DNA of 32,000 bases, from NCBI RefSeq assembly GCF_003324675.1, contig NZ_CP030918.1, positions 1,980,001-2,012,000 on the forward strand, given 5' to 3'. Both the position numbers and the translations under genes were made by a program. The notes beneath the pieces were generated by a model. The model worked only from the letters and a program-made list of their open reading frames with translations. It searched no databases and was not told the DNA's origin. Numbering within the stretch: the stretch's first letter is position 1; each line of letters opens with the position of its first letter. The DNA comes from Paracoccus suum (GTDB lineage: Bacteria; Pseudomonadota; Alphaproteobacteria; Rhodobacterales; Rhodobacteraceae). This document shows, one piece after another, positions 9,069-16,969 of this stretch.

Positions 9069-10007
9069 ATGGCGCATCGCCCGGGACCGAACCTTGCCAC
9101 CATCCCGCTTGGCCGCAGGGGGGTGCTGCAATTGCTGGCGGTGGGCGCCGCGCTGCCGCTGGCCGGACGCCGCGCCCACGCCGCAACCGCTGCCGACGCT
9201 ACCGCGCCGGCGTTCCTCAGCGACGGCCATCTGGAGTTGACCGCGGGGTTTGTCCTTCCCGACGCGACGCCCGAACAGTTGATGGCCGCCCTCGGTACAT
9301 CCGACCCGGGCGCGCCCTACAAGAGCGCCTGCACGGTCCCGCTGTTGCGCATGGACGACCGGGTTATCCTGTTCGACGCCGGCTCTGGCCCTGCCTTCGT
9401 GCCTACCGCGGGCACGCTGATCGCCGCGCTGGAGGAGGCGGGGGTGACGCCCGACATGGTGACGGACATCGTCTTTACCCACGGCCACCCCGATCACCTC
9501 TGGGGCGTGACGGACGATTTTGACGAGCTCGCCTTCCCCGAGGCCGCCTACTACATGGCCAGCACCGAGCATGATTTCTGGATGTCGGACGGCGCCATGT
9601 CGTCGATGCCACCCGACCGGCAGAACTTTGCCGTGGGCGCGCAGGCACGCCTGCCGCGGCTGGCAGAACGGGCGACCTTCTTTGCCGATGGGGCCGAGGT
9701 GCTGCCCGGGATCGAGTCCTTCGCAACGCACGGCCACTCGCCAGGGCACACCAGTTTTGTGCTGCACCTCGGCGATGATCCGATCATGCTGACCGGGGAC
9801 GTGTTCACCAATCCGGCCAGCGTCTCGCACCCCGATCTGACCTGGGGCACCGACCAGGACGCTGAGGCGGGCAAGGAGCAGCGCCGCCGGATGATCGACC
9901 GCCTTGCCGCGGACAAGATGCGCGCCGCGGTCTTCCACATGCCGCCGCCGGGCCTCGGCCGTGTTGAGGCGCGCCCGGATGGCGCGGTGTGGGTGCCGGA
10001 GGGCTGA
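9069..10007 (+). CDS. Tat-exported metallo-beta-lactamase-fold hydrolase
   Basis: 312 aa. A twin-arginine signal (GRRGVLQLLAVGAALPLAGRRAHA) is followed by the HxHxDH motif in IVFTHGHPDHLWG. Later His residues (THGHSPGH) and a C-terminal FHMP are also present. The substrate is unknown; lactonase-like is only one possibility. Confidence 0.8.
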   Translation: MAHRPGPNLATIPLGRRGVLQLLAVGAALPLAGRRAHAATAADATAPAFLSDGHLELTAGFVLPDATPEQLMAALGTSDPGAPYKSACTVPLLRMDDRVILFDAGSGPAFVPTAGTLIAALEEAGVTPDMVTDIVFTHGHPDHLWGVTDDFDELAFPEAAYYMASTEHDFWMSDGAMSSMPPDRQNFAVGAQARLPRLAERATFFADGAEVLPGIESFATHGHSPGHTSFVLHLGDDPIMLTGDVFTNPASVSHPDLTWGTDQDAEAGKEQRRRMIDRLAADKMRAAVFHMPPPGLGRVEARPDGAVWVPEG

Positions 10008-10377
10008 GGGCGGTTTCTCATGGGTCCCCGACAATAAGAAGGAGGCGCGGCCTGACAGGTCGTGCCCCCGCTGAGCGGGTCGCAGAAATGTCGATGTTCA
10101 ACGGGTCAGTTCAGCGGCCTAACAAAATCGTGCCCATGGGACAGACCCGCAAGCAAATGCTCCGCTGCCGCCCGAGGCAACGGCAACCCAAAAGCCGCCA
10201 TTCCCGCAGTAAAATCAGGCGGCGTATGTCGATTCGCACTGCAGTTTACTCCCCGCGCTCGGGTGATATGCCGGCGGAGCGCCGCGGGGGTCTCAGCCAG
10301 CTAGCGGATAGGTGGCGTCCGTCGATTGCACGGCAACCTGCTCGCCCGATCGGGGGGCAGTGGACGGAAAGGGTCTC

Positions 10378-11424
10378 TCAATCCTCCAGCGAGATCAGGT
10401 CTCGGCCGTCGATCTGCAAAGCGACCCGGTCTCCGCGCTCGGGCGCGGTGTCGGCGGCGGAGTTGAAGCCGTCCCAGATGATTTGGCTGCCGTCCTCGAG
10501 GTGGCCGCGCACGCGGCGAACGGCGCCCATGAATTCGACCCCGTCGACGGTGACGCGCAGCCCGCTGTCGGCGCGCCGGAACGCCTCCGGGCGGGCGCCG
10601 AGGGTGATGGGGCCGGCAGGAAGATTGCGGTTCAGGACGACTTCGTATCCCGCGATGCTGACATGGCCCGCGACCGGGACCAGGACTTCGGCCGGCAGGC
10701 GGTTCAGGGTGCCGACAAAGCTGGCGACAAAGCCGGTGGCGGGGCGGTTGTAGATCTCGGGCGGGGTGCCGATCTGGTCGGCCACGCCCTCGTGCATCAC
10801 CACGACGCGGTCGCTGATGGATAGCGCCTCCTCCTGGTCGTGGGTCACGAAGATGGTGGTGATGCCAAGGCGCTTCTGGATCTCGCGGATCTCGGCGCGC
10901 AGGCGCACGCGGACCTTGGCGTCGAGGGCCGACAGCGGCTCGTCCAGCAGCAGAACGCGCGGCTGCGGGGCGAGCGCGCGGGCGAGGGCCACGCGCTGCT
11001 GCTGGCCGCCGGACAACTCGAACGGATAGTGGCCGCCCTTTTCGGGCAGGCCGATCAGCGCCAGCATCTCGGCCACGCGTGCGGCCCGCGCGGCGCGGCG
11101 CACGCCCGCGACCTTGAGGCCGAAGCCGACGTTCTCGGCCGCGGTCAGGTTCGGAAACAGCGCATAGGCCTGGAACACCATGCCGATCCGGCGCCGGGCT
11201 GGCGTCATCCGCGTCACGTCCTGCCCGCCGATGACGATCTGACCGGCCGAGGGCGTCTCGAACCCGGCGATCATGCGCAGAACGGTGGTCTTGCCGCAGC
11301 CCGACGGGCCCAGCAGCGAGATGAACTCGCCCGGCTGCACATCGAGGTTGAAGTCGCGCACGACGCGGTTCTCGCCGAAGGATTTCTCGAGGCCCGAAAG
11401 GGTCAGGCTGCTGGTGTCGGTCAT
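10378..11424 (-). CDS. ABC transporter ATP-binding protein (PotA/MalK-like with C-terminal TOBE-type domain)
   Basis: The gene starts MTDTSSLTLSGLEKSF. It has Walker A (LLGPSGCGKTT), the signature LSGGQQQRVALARAL and Walker B (LLLDEPLSALD). The start is at ATG (complement of 11422-11424), overlapping the upstream permease stop by 4 nt. Confidence 0.9.
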   Translation of the reverse strand: MTDTSSLTLSGLEKSFGENRVVRDFNLDVQPGEFISLLGPSGCGKTTVLRMIAGFETPSAGQIVIGGQDVTRMTPARRRIGMVFQAYALFPNLTAAENVGFGLKVAGVRRAARAARVAEMLALIGLPEKGGHYPFELSGGQQQRVALARALAPQPRVLLLDEPLSALDAKVRVRLRAEIREIQKRLGITTIFVTHDQEEALSISDRVVVMHEGVADQIGTPPEIYNRPATGFVASFVGTLNRLPAEVLVPVAGHVSIAGYEVVLNRNLPAGPITLGARPEAFRRADSGLRVTVDGVEFMGAVRRVRGHLEDGSQIIWDGFNSAADTAPERGDRVALQIDGRDLISLED

Positions 11425-12203
11425 CGTTTCTTCCGATTGGCGCGGGTCAGGCGCATGGCAAGCTGCATCAGGCCCATGCAGCCCCAGGTGATGGCAAAGG
11501 CGATCACGGCCAGGGCCGCAGGCTCGTAGGCGCGGTTGGGACCGATCAGAACCATGTAGGGCCCAAAGGCCGGCCGGTTCAGCAGTGCGGCGATGACGTA
11601 TTCGCCGATCACAATGGCAAAGGTCAGGAATGCACCTGACAGCACCGATGCCAGCAGGTTGGGCAGGATCACCCTCCCGAGGATCGTGGTCCATCCCGCA
11701 CCCAGCGATTGGGCAGCCTCGGTCAGCGTCGCGACATCCAGCGTGCGCAGGCCCGCGTCAACGGCGCGGTACATGTAGGGTAGGGCCAGCACCGAATAAC
11801 CGGCGACGAGCAGCAGATTAGTGCCCATGGCGCTGCCGGTCAGCGGGATCATCGAGGCGGTGTTGAACTGGCGGATATAGCCGAACGCGAGGACGATCGG
11901 CGGAATGACCAGCGGCAGCAGCGAGATGAACTCGACCACCGGGCGCATCCGCGGCAGCTTGAGCCGCACCCAGAACGCCGCCGGCACGACGATCAGGATG
12001 CCGATGACGATGGTGACAAGCGCGGCGACGACCGAGAAGAGGAAGGTCGCCTGGAATTGCGGGTCGCCCAGCACATTGCGATAGGTGTCAAAGCTGTACT
12101 CGCCACGCCGGGCGCGCAGGCTGAACTCGAACGTGCCGATCAGCGGCAGCGCGAAGAAAAGCGTCCCGAGGACAAAGCTGAGCCAGGCGAAAACGCGGGT
12201 CAT
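11421..12203 (-). CDS. ABC transporter permease (second membrane component)
   Basis: 260 aa from MTRVFAWLSFVLGTLFFALPLIG. The protein is multi-TM and hydrophobic, with an EAA-like loop (EAAQSLGAGWTTILGRVILP). An ATGA overlap with the upstream permease (12200-12203) is present. Confidence 0.85.
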   Translation of the reverse strand: MTRVFAWLSFVLGTLFFALPLIGTFEFSLRARRGEYSFDTYRNVLGDPQFQATFLFSVVAALVTIVIGILIVVPAAFWVRLKLPRMRPVVEFISLLPLVIPPIVLAFGYIRQFNTASMIPLTGSAMGTNLLLVAGYSVLALPYMYRAVDAGLRTLDVATLTEAAQSLGAGWTTILGRVILPNLLASVLSGAFLTFAIVIGEYVIAALLNRPAFGPYMVLIGPNRAYEPAALAVIAFAITWGCMGLMQLAMRLTRANRKKR

Positions 12204-13084
12204 TTCAGCCACCGCTCGGCCCGGGCGCGCAGGATGATCGACACGGCGCTGGCAACGCCGGTCAGCACGATCATGCCAAAGGCGATGGCATAGCCGAGCC
12301 CAGGGTCCTGCAGCACGTCGCCGCGAATCTGCGCGAACAGCAGGATCGGCAGCAGCGACAGCGAGCTGCCGGTCAGCGCCATCGCGGTCGCAACCGCGCC
12401 GAAGGCATTCGCGAACAGCAGCGCCAGCGTGCCCAGGACAGCCGGCCACAGGATTGGCAGGATCACCAGCCGCCAATAGGTGACCTGCGAGGCGCCGAGG
12501 CTTTGTGCCGCCTCGCGCCATTCGGTTTTCAGCCCGTCGAGCGATGGCGTGATGACCAGCACCATCAGCGGGATCTGGAAATAAAGGTAGGTCAGCACCA
12601 GCCCCCAGAAGGACAGCAGGTTGAAGCCGGTGGCGTAGAGGTTGAAGCCGAGCCAGTCGCGCAGCAGCACGGTGACAAAGCCGAGCCGTCCGAGGGTGGC
12701 GATAAAGGCAAAGGCCAGCGGCACCCCGGCAAAGTTTGCGGCGACGCCAGAAAAGCTCATCAGCGGGCCGCGCAGCCCTCGGGGCAGCCCGCCGCGCGTG
12801 ACGACCGCGGCGATGGCGAAGCCCGCGACGCAGCCGATGATCGCGGTTGCCAGGCTGAGGCGGACCGATAGCCAGAGTGCATGGCGAATACGCTCCTGCC
12901 CGAGGCCGGCAACGTTATCGAGGGTAAAGCCGCCCTGGCTGTCCCGGAACGCGCCCACGACGACACTGAGCGTCGGCAGGATCAGAAACAGCAGGGCAAA
13001 AATTGCGAATGGGGCAAGGCCCAGCCAGACCGAAAGCCGGGGCTGCGCGCGTCGCCTTTGTGGCTGGATCGGAGCCCGGGTCAT
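12200..13084 (-). CDS. ABC transporter permease (first membrane component)
   Basis: 294 aa from MTRAPIQPQRRRAQPRLSVWLGLAPFAIFALLFLILP. The EAA loop is EAAQSLGASQVTYWRLVILP. The start is taken at ATG (complement of 13082-13084) rather than the TTG at 13180. Confidence 0.85.
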   Translation of the reverse strand: MTRAPIQPQRRRAQPRLSVWLGLAPFAIFALLFLILPTLSVVVGAFRDSQGGFTLDNVAGLGQERIRHALWLSVRLSLATAIIGCVAGFAIAAVVTRGGLPRGLRGPLMSFSGVAANFAGVPLAFAFIATLGRLGFVTVLLRDWLGFNLYATGFNLLSFWGLVLTYLYFQIPLMVLVITPSLDGLKTEWREAAQSLGASQVTYWRLVILPILWPAVLGTLALLFANAFGAVATAMALTGSSLSLLPILLFAQIRGDVLQDPGLGYAIAFGMIVLTGVASAVSIILRARAERWLK

Positions 13085-13416
13085 GGGCGGGGCAGCGGGA
13101 CTGCGAGGAAAATCATGGGGCCTCGGGGTCGTGATGCCCGGATTCGGGCTTGCAGCGGTCTGCGGCCTTGGCGCGCCCAAATCAAGGTGTTGGCGGCGGC
13201 GGCGATCGGGATCGGCGTTTTGAAGCCTCTGGAACGGCTCGCATACGGGTGGTCATGCTGGATGGCAGCGGTGGCGGGTGCACGGAGGCGCGGTGGGATC
13301 CGCCGTGTTCGGCTCAGGGGCCGATCTCACCTGCACCGGAATCCGGCGGCGGGGATCGCCCGCCGCCGAGTCGTACTTCAGCCGCGTCGGACCATGCCCG
13401 GCGCGTCAGTCCAAGA

Positions 13417-14523
13417 TCATTCGGCGACGGTGGCGCCAACCACCTTGTCCCAGTTCTCGGTCACGACCTTCTTGTTGCCTTCCTGGGCCTCGAGGCTCGG
13501 GAACACCGCCTTGGCATAGGCGTCGGCCGGCGGCATCTTGTCCAGGATGTCCTGCGGAACCAGTCCCTTGGCGGTCAGGTCGTTGAAACGGGCCGGGTGG
13601 CAGTAGCCCTTGAGCCAGTTGATCTGGCCCTCGTCCGAATAGAGGTACTCCATCCACAGCTTGGCCGCGTTCGGGTGCGGCGCATGGGCGCTGATCGCCT
13701 GGACATAGACGCCAGCGAGCACGCCGTCCGAGGGAATCACGACCTCCATCGGCGGGTTGCCGGCCAACTGGTCACGCCACGACAGCAGGTTGTAGTCCCA
13801 TGCGGCCACGATCGGCGTCGCGCCCTGGGCAATCGTGCCCGCCTTGGCGGTGACCGGAACGAAGTTGCCGGCCTTGTTCAGCTCGGCAAAGTACTCGAGG
13901 CCCTTGGTGCCCGAGGCTTCGCCCGGCTCTCCGCCGCGCGACATGCCGGCCGACAGCGTCGCGAGAATCGCCTGATTCGAGGCGCGCGGATCGCCGGTCA
14001 GGGCGAAGGCGTTCTTGTAGTCGGACTTCAGCAGGTCGGCCCAGCTCTTGGGGACTTCCTTGACGATGTCGGTGTTCACGCCGAACGCCATCACGCCGTA
14101 GTAGTCGCCGAACCAGTGGCCGTCGGCGTCCTTGATCTCGGCCGGGATGCTGTCCCAGGTCGCGACCTTGTAAGGCTGGGTCAGTCCCTCGGTCTTGGCC
14201 TGCGGGCCGAAGGCGAGGCCGACGTCGATGACGTCCGGCGCCTGCGGGCCAGTGTTGCCCTTGTTGGCGCGGATCGCCTCCAGCTCGTCGGCCGAGCTGC
14301 CGTCGGGGTTCAACTCGTTGATCTTGATGCCGGGATATTTGGCTTTGAAGCCCTCGATGTTGGCACCGTAGTTGCACCAGTCATGGGGCAGGGCGATGGT
14401 GGTCAGCATCCCCTCCTTGACGGCGGCAGCTTCCAGCGCGGGCATATCGACGCCCTGCGCCTGCACGGTCTGGGCCGCAAGCAGGGCGGCCAGTGCGGCG
14501 GTCGTCATCAGTCTGAAGGTCAT
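13417..14523 (-). CDS. ABC transporter periplasmic substrate-binding protein (family 1, PotD/AfuA-like)
   Basis: 368 aa with the signal peptide MTFRLMTTAALAALLAAQTVQAQG. AGGAG lies upstream of ATG (complement of 14521-14523). It is the first gene of the 4-gene importer operon. The ligand is not inferable from sequence by eye. Confidence 0.85.
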   Translation of the reverse strand: MTFRLMTTAALAALLAAQTVQAQGVDMPALEAAAVKEGMLTTIALPHDWCNYGANIEGFKAKYPGIKINELNPDGSSADELEAIRANKGNTGPQAPDVIDVGLAFGPQAKTEGLTQPYKVATWDSIPAEIKDADGHWFGDYYGVMAFGVNTDIVKEVPKSWADLLKSDYKNAFALTGDPRASNQAILATLSAGMSRGGEPGEASGTKGLEYFAELNKAGNFVPVTAKAGTIAQGATPIVAAWDYNLLSWRDQLAGNPPMEVVIPSDGVLAGVYVQAISAHAPHPNAAKLWMEYLYSDEGQINWLKGYCHPARFNDLTAKGLVPQDILDKMPPADAYAKAVFPSLEAQEGNKKVVTENWDKVVGATVAE

Positions 14524-14619
14524 CTTGGACTCCTGAAAAGGCGCTTCATGCGCACCGGCTAGTGCGGATGTATAGCAGAATCATGACACTGTCGGTGGCA
14601 TAGCTGCGAAATACCCGCC

Positions 14620-14642
14620 TTCTGTTTAATTGCAAAACAGAA
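14620..14642. promoter_or_regulatory. operator-like palindrome TTCTGTTT-N7-AAACAGAA in a divergent promoter region
   Basis: Perfect 8-bp arms at 14620-14627 and 14635-14642. The element lies in the AT-rich gap between the SBP gene (minus strand) and the first sulfotransferase-like gene (plus strand). Confidence 0.35.
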
Positions 14643-14847
14643 TCCAATTTCACCCTGAGCGGGTAAAAAGATCATGTTGCGACGTTCTCCTTGAAGATCG
14701 GGCATTCGCGCGTTCAGATATTAACCGTAAATGCAGTTTATACTCGACGTAGCCCATTATGGCGTCGAAGCGTACATGTCGCAGGTTGGTGGCACTGACC
14801 GCACTCCTGCGCGCCCAATATATTTTACTTCGCCGTCGGGAGCGGGC

Positions 14848-15882
14848 ATGAAGAAACTCATTTTGCACATAGGCCAGTACAAGACTGGCAGCACTTCGAT
14901 TCAGAAGACGCTCGATCATAATCGTGCCCGTTTGATCAATCACGGCATCCTTTATCCCGAAACTGGCTGCCGCACGTGGCAACACGGGGGGCTGATCAAG
15001 GGTCTTAAGCGTGAGTTGCACAAAGACCGGCCGGACTCGTTCGACTCTGCGCCCTTACTGGAGGAAATCGAAGCCTCGGGCTGCAAGCATGTAATCATCA
15101 GTTGCGAGGGAATCTCGGGCGGTCGCATCAGCCACATGGACCCACCGCTGGTCGAACATATGCTCAGCCGTATGGGCGAGGTGGCCAATGGCTGGGACAT
15201 CACGGTCGTGTGGTATTATCGACGGCAGGACGATGCGATCGAAAGCCGGATTATTCAGACCGTGAAGGGCAAGGCGGCGGTGTCCCGACCGGACCCGGCG
15301 CCTTACATGAAATTCGGCGAGGCGCTGGACTACCCATTCTTTCAATCGGTTGTGCAAAAGGCGTTGCCACAAGCGCAAATTGTGCCGCGGTGTTTTTCGC
15401 GAGCATTGCTGGCGGAAGGAGATGTCGTGCGCGATTTCTGCAAAATCGCGGGTATCGACGATGCCCTGCGCCCGGAGGACATCCTCGAAGGCAACGTCAG
15501 CCCGACGGGCTCCAGCATCGGACTGCAACTGGCGCTGAACCTGCTGATAGGGGGCGGCTACGAGGTGGACCCGATCATTCGCAACATCCGCCGCATGGGC
15601 AACCAAGAGGTCGGAGAAAAGGCGAGCGCCTTCGGACCCGAGACGCGCCGCGAGATCATGGATTTCTTCGCTGAGAGCAACGCTAAGTTCATCCAAGAAC
15701 ACGTCCCCGCGGAGGACCGGGCAAAGGTTGCCGCGCACTTCGCTGCCCCCGTCAGCCCGCGGCCGGAAAATATCACCGTCGGCGCCGAAATGCTGGCGCA
15801 CGCACTTATGCAGGCTGGCGCGGCGATCACATTTGACACCGTCAAGACGCGGCGTGCGCGCCAACGAGGAAAACACAGGTGA
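14848..15882 (+). CDS. sulfotransferase-fold (P-loop-like) protein, putative
   Basis: 344 aa from MKKLILHIGQYKTGSTSIQKTL. The N-terminal hIGxxKTGSTS resembles the 5'-PSB (PAPS phosphate-binding) loop of sulfotransferases. VVWYYRRQDDAIESRI resembles the following conserved R-R-Q-D strand seen in uncharacterised polysaccharide-locus proteins. I preferred ATG 14848, with GGGAGCGGG upstream, over ATG 14731. GC content is lower than in neighbouring genes. Confidence 0.45.
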   Translation: MKKLILHIGQYKTGSTSIQKTLDHNRARLINHGILYPETGCRTWQHGGLIKGLKRELHKDRPDSFDSAPLLEEIEASGCKHVIISCEGISGGRISHMDPPLVEHMLSRMGEVANGWDITVVWYYRRQDDAIESRIIQTVKGKAAVSRPDPAPYMKFGEALDYPFFQSVVQKALPQAQIVPRCFSRALLAEGDVVRDFCKIAGIDDALRPEDILEGNVSPTGSSIGLQLALNLLIGGGYEVDPIIRNIRRMGNQEVGEKASAFGPETRREIMDFFAESNAKFIQEHVPAEDRAKVAAHFAAPVSPRPENITVGAEMLAHALMQAGAAITFDTVKTRRARQRGKHR

Positions 15883-15920
15883 CGTCTGGAATTCTCCTCT
15901 ATTCAGGCGCCCATTAGATC

Positions 15921-15958
15921 GCGAGCAGGCACCGTCGCGCGCGTCAGTGCCTGCTCGC
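15921..15958 (+). terminator. 12-bp perfect inverted repeat (stem-loop, or a protein-binding site) between the two sulfotransferase-like genes
   Basis: GCGAGCAGGCAC-N14-GTGCCTGCTCGC, beginning 39 nt after the stop at 15882. There is no clear T-tract, so function as a terminator is uncertain. Confidence 0.35.
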
Positions 15959-16053
15959 AGTGCCTTGATGTTGGTGGCATACTCGCGCCAAGGGTTGAGG
16001 CGGATTGCGCGGCTTGCTAGTTGGGGGCAGCCCCAACATCGGACCTCCGCGTC

Positions 16054-16806
16054 ATGAGCTTGCCGTTCATCATCTGGACTATGCGTCGCACGGGCGGCAC
16101 GACTTTGACCAATCTGCTGATGGCATTCAGCGACCGGCCCAAGCTCGAGCATGAGCCGTTCAACTTCGATCGCGAACTTGGTCCGATCGCCAGGAATTTT
16201 AGCGCGACCAAGGACGTACCTACCCTCAAGGCCCAGCTGCGCGAAGTGCTGGCCGCGGGGCCGTCGATCAAGCACTGCTACGAGCTTGCCAGCACCGACT
16301 TCAATCGCATCCTCATGCAACTGACGAACAAGCTTGGCTACCGGCACATCGTGCTGACTCGCAACGACGAGGCCGGCCGTTTGCTGTCGCTCGAACTGGC
16401 AAAGATCACCGGCGTCTGGGGCAAGCATGGCGCCACGGATCGTTATCAGGCCGTGAACGACGGCAAGGTCCAGCTGCCGCCGCTCGATGTCGAGCTGTTG
16501 CTCGGTCACCAGAGGGCTTGCCGCCGCATGACCCGCGAGGTGGAGGCCAACTTCACGCGGCTGGGGATTTCGCCGATCCGCATCGCCTTCGAGGACATCT
16601 ATGCCGACCCCGAGGCGGGGCGCGAGCGCGTGCGTGCCTTGTGCGCGGCGCTGGAGATCGTCCCCGACGATGCCGAGGATTTCGAGACGCAGTTGATGAT
16701 TGCCCTGCGCGAAAAGGGACAGAATACCGCTGCCATCTACGCTGCCGTTCCCAACCTCGCCGAAGCGCGCGAGGCAGTGGCCGCAGCGATGGCCAGGGAC
16801 GGCTGA
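16054..16806 (+). CDS. Stf0/NodH-like sulfotransferase, putative
   Basis: 250 aa from MSLPFIIWTMRRTGGTTLTNLL, which is a 5'-PSB-like loop. HIVLTRNDEAGRLLSLELAKITGVWG resembles the Stf0 hLxRxDxxxQAxSxxxAxxTxxW segment. IAFEDIYADPEAGRERVRALCAALEI resembles the Stf0 C-terminal YEDL segment. The call rests on remembered motifs only. Confidence 0.5.
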   Translation: MSLPFIIWTMRRTGGTTLTNLLMAFSDRPKLEHEPFNFDRELGPIARNFSATKDVPTLKAQLREVLAAGPSIKHCYELASTDFNRILMQLTNKLGYRHIVLTRNDEAGRLLSLELAKITGVWGKHGATDRYQAVNDGKVQLPPLDVELLLGHQRACRRMTREVEANFTRLGISPIRIAFEDIYADPEAGRERVRALCAALEIVPDDAEDFETQLMIALREKGQNTAAIYAAVPNLAEAREAVAAAMARDG

Positions 16807-16969
16807 CCTTGCCCGGTTGCCGGCGGGACGGACTGTGCGTAACCGCACTGTGGTCCGCGCGCCATGCCCGCCGGAACACTACTGAGCCGAAACCGACTGC
16901 CTGCCGCCGCGGGTGCCTGCTTGAACCCTGCGCGGTCGCCTGACGGCCGCCGAACGACTGGGATGATCC

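Noticed and set aside
10088-10320. Highly basic ORF (MSMFNGSVQRPNKIVPMGQTRKQMLRCRPRQRQPKSRHSRSKIRRR...) in the convergent spacer
   Set aside because: The composition is not protein-like, there is no SD sequence, and the frame simply continues into the antisense of the ABC ATPase gene. The region is kept only as a possible non-coding element in the findings.
13150-14562. 470-aa plus-strand ORF opposite the SBP gene. The same applies to long antisense ORFs at 4195-5124, 5927-6667, 8964-10034, 25009-26256, 26724-27875, 27697-28563 and 29049-30488.
   Set aside because: All are antisense or out of frame relative to genes with clear family motifs. All show the Arg/Gly/Ala/Pro/Asp bias expected from reading high-GC coding DNA in the wrong frame.
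14650-15021. 123-aa minus-strand ORF in the AT-rich region overlapping the start of the first sulfotransferase-like gene
   Set aside because: It overlaps the better-supported plus-strand gene, lacks an SD sequence and any motif, and has Arg/Ser-rich composition.
15055-16848. 597-aa minus-strand ORF spanning both sulfotransferase-like genes
   Set aside because: The sequence is Arg/Ala/Gly/Leu-rich with no recognisable motif, which is typical of an antisense shadow ORF in high-GC DNA. The plus-strand frames carry coherent motifs and sensible starts.
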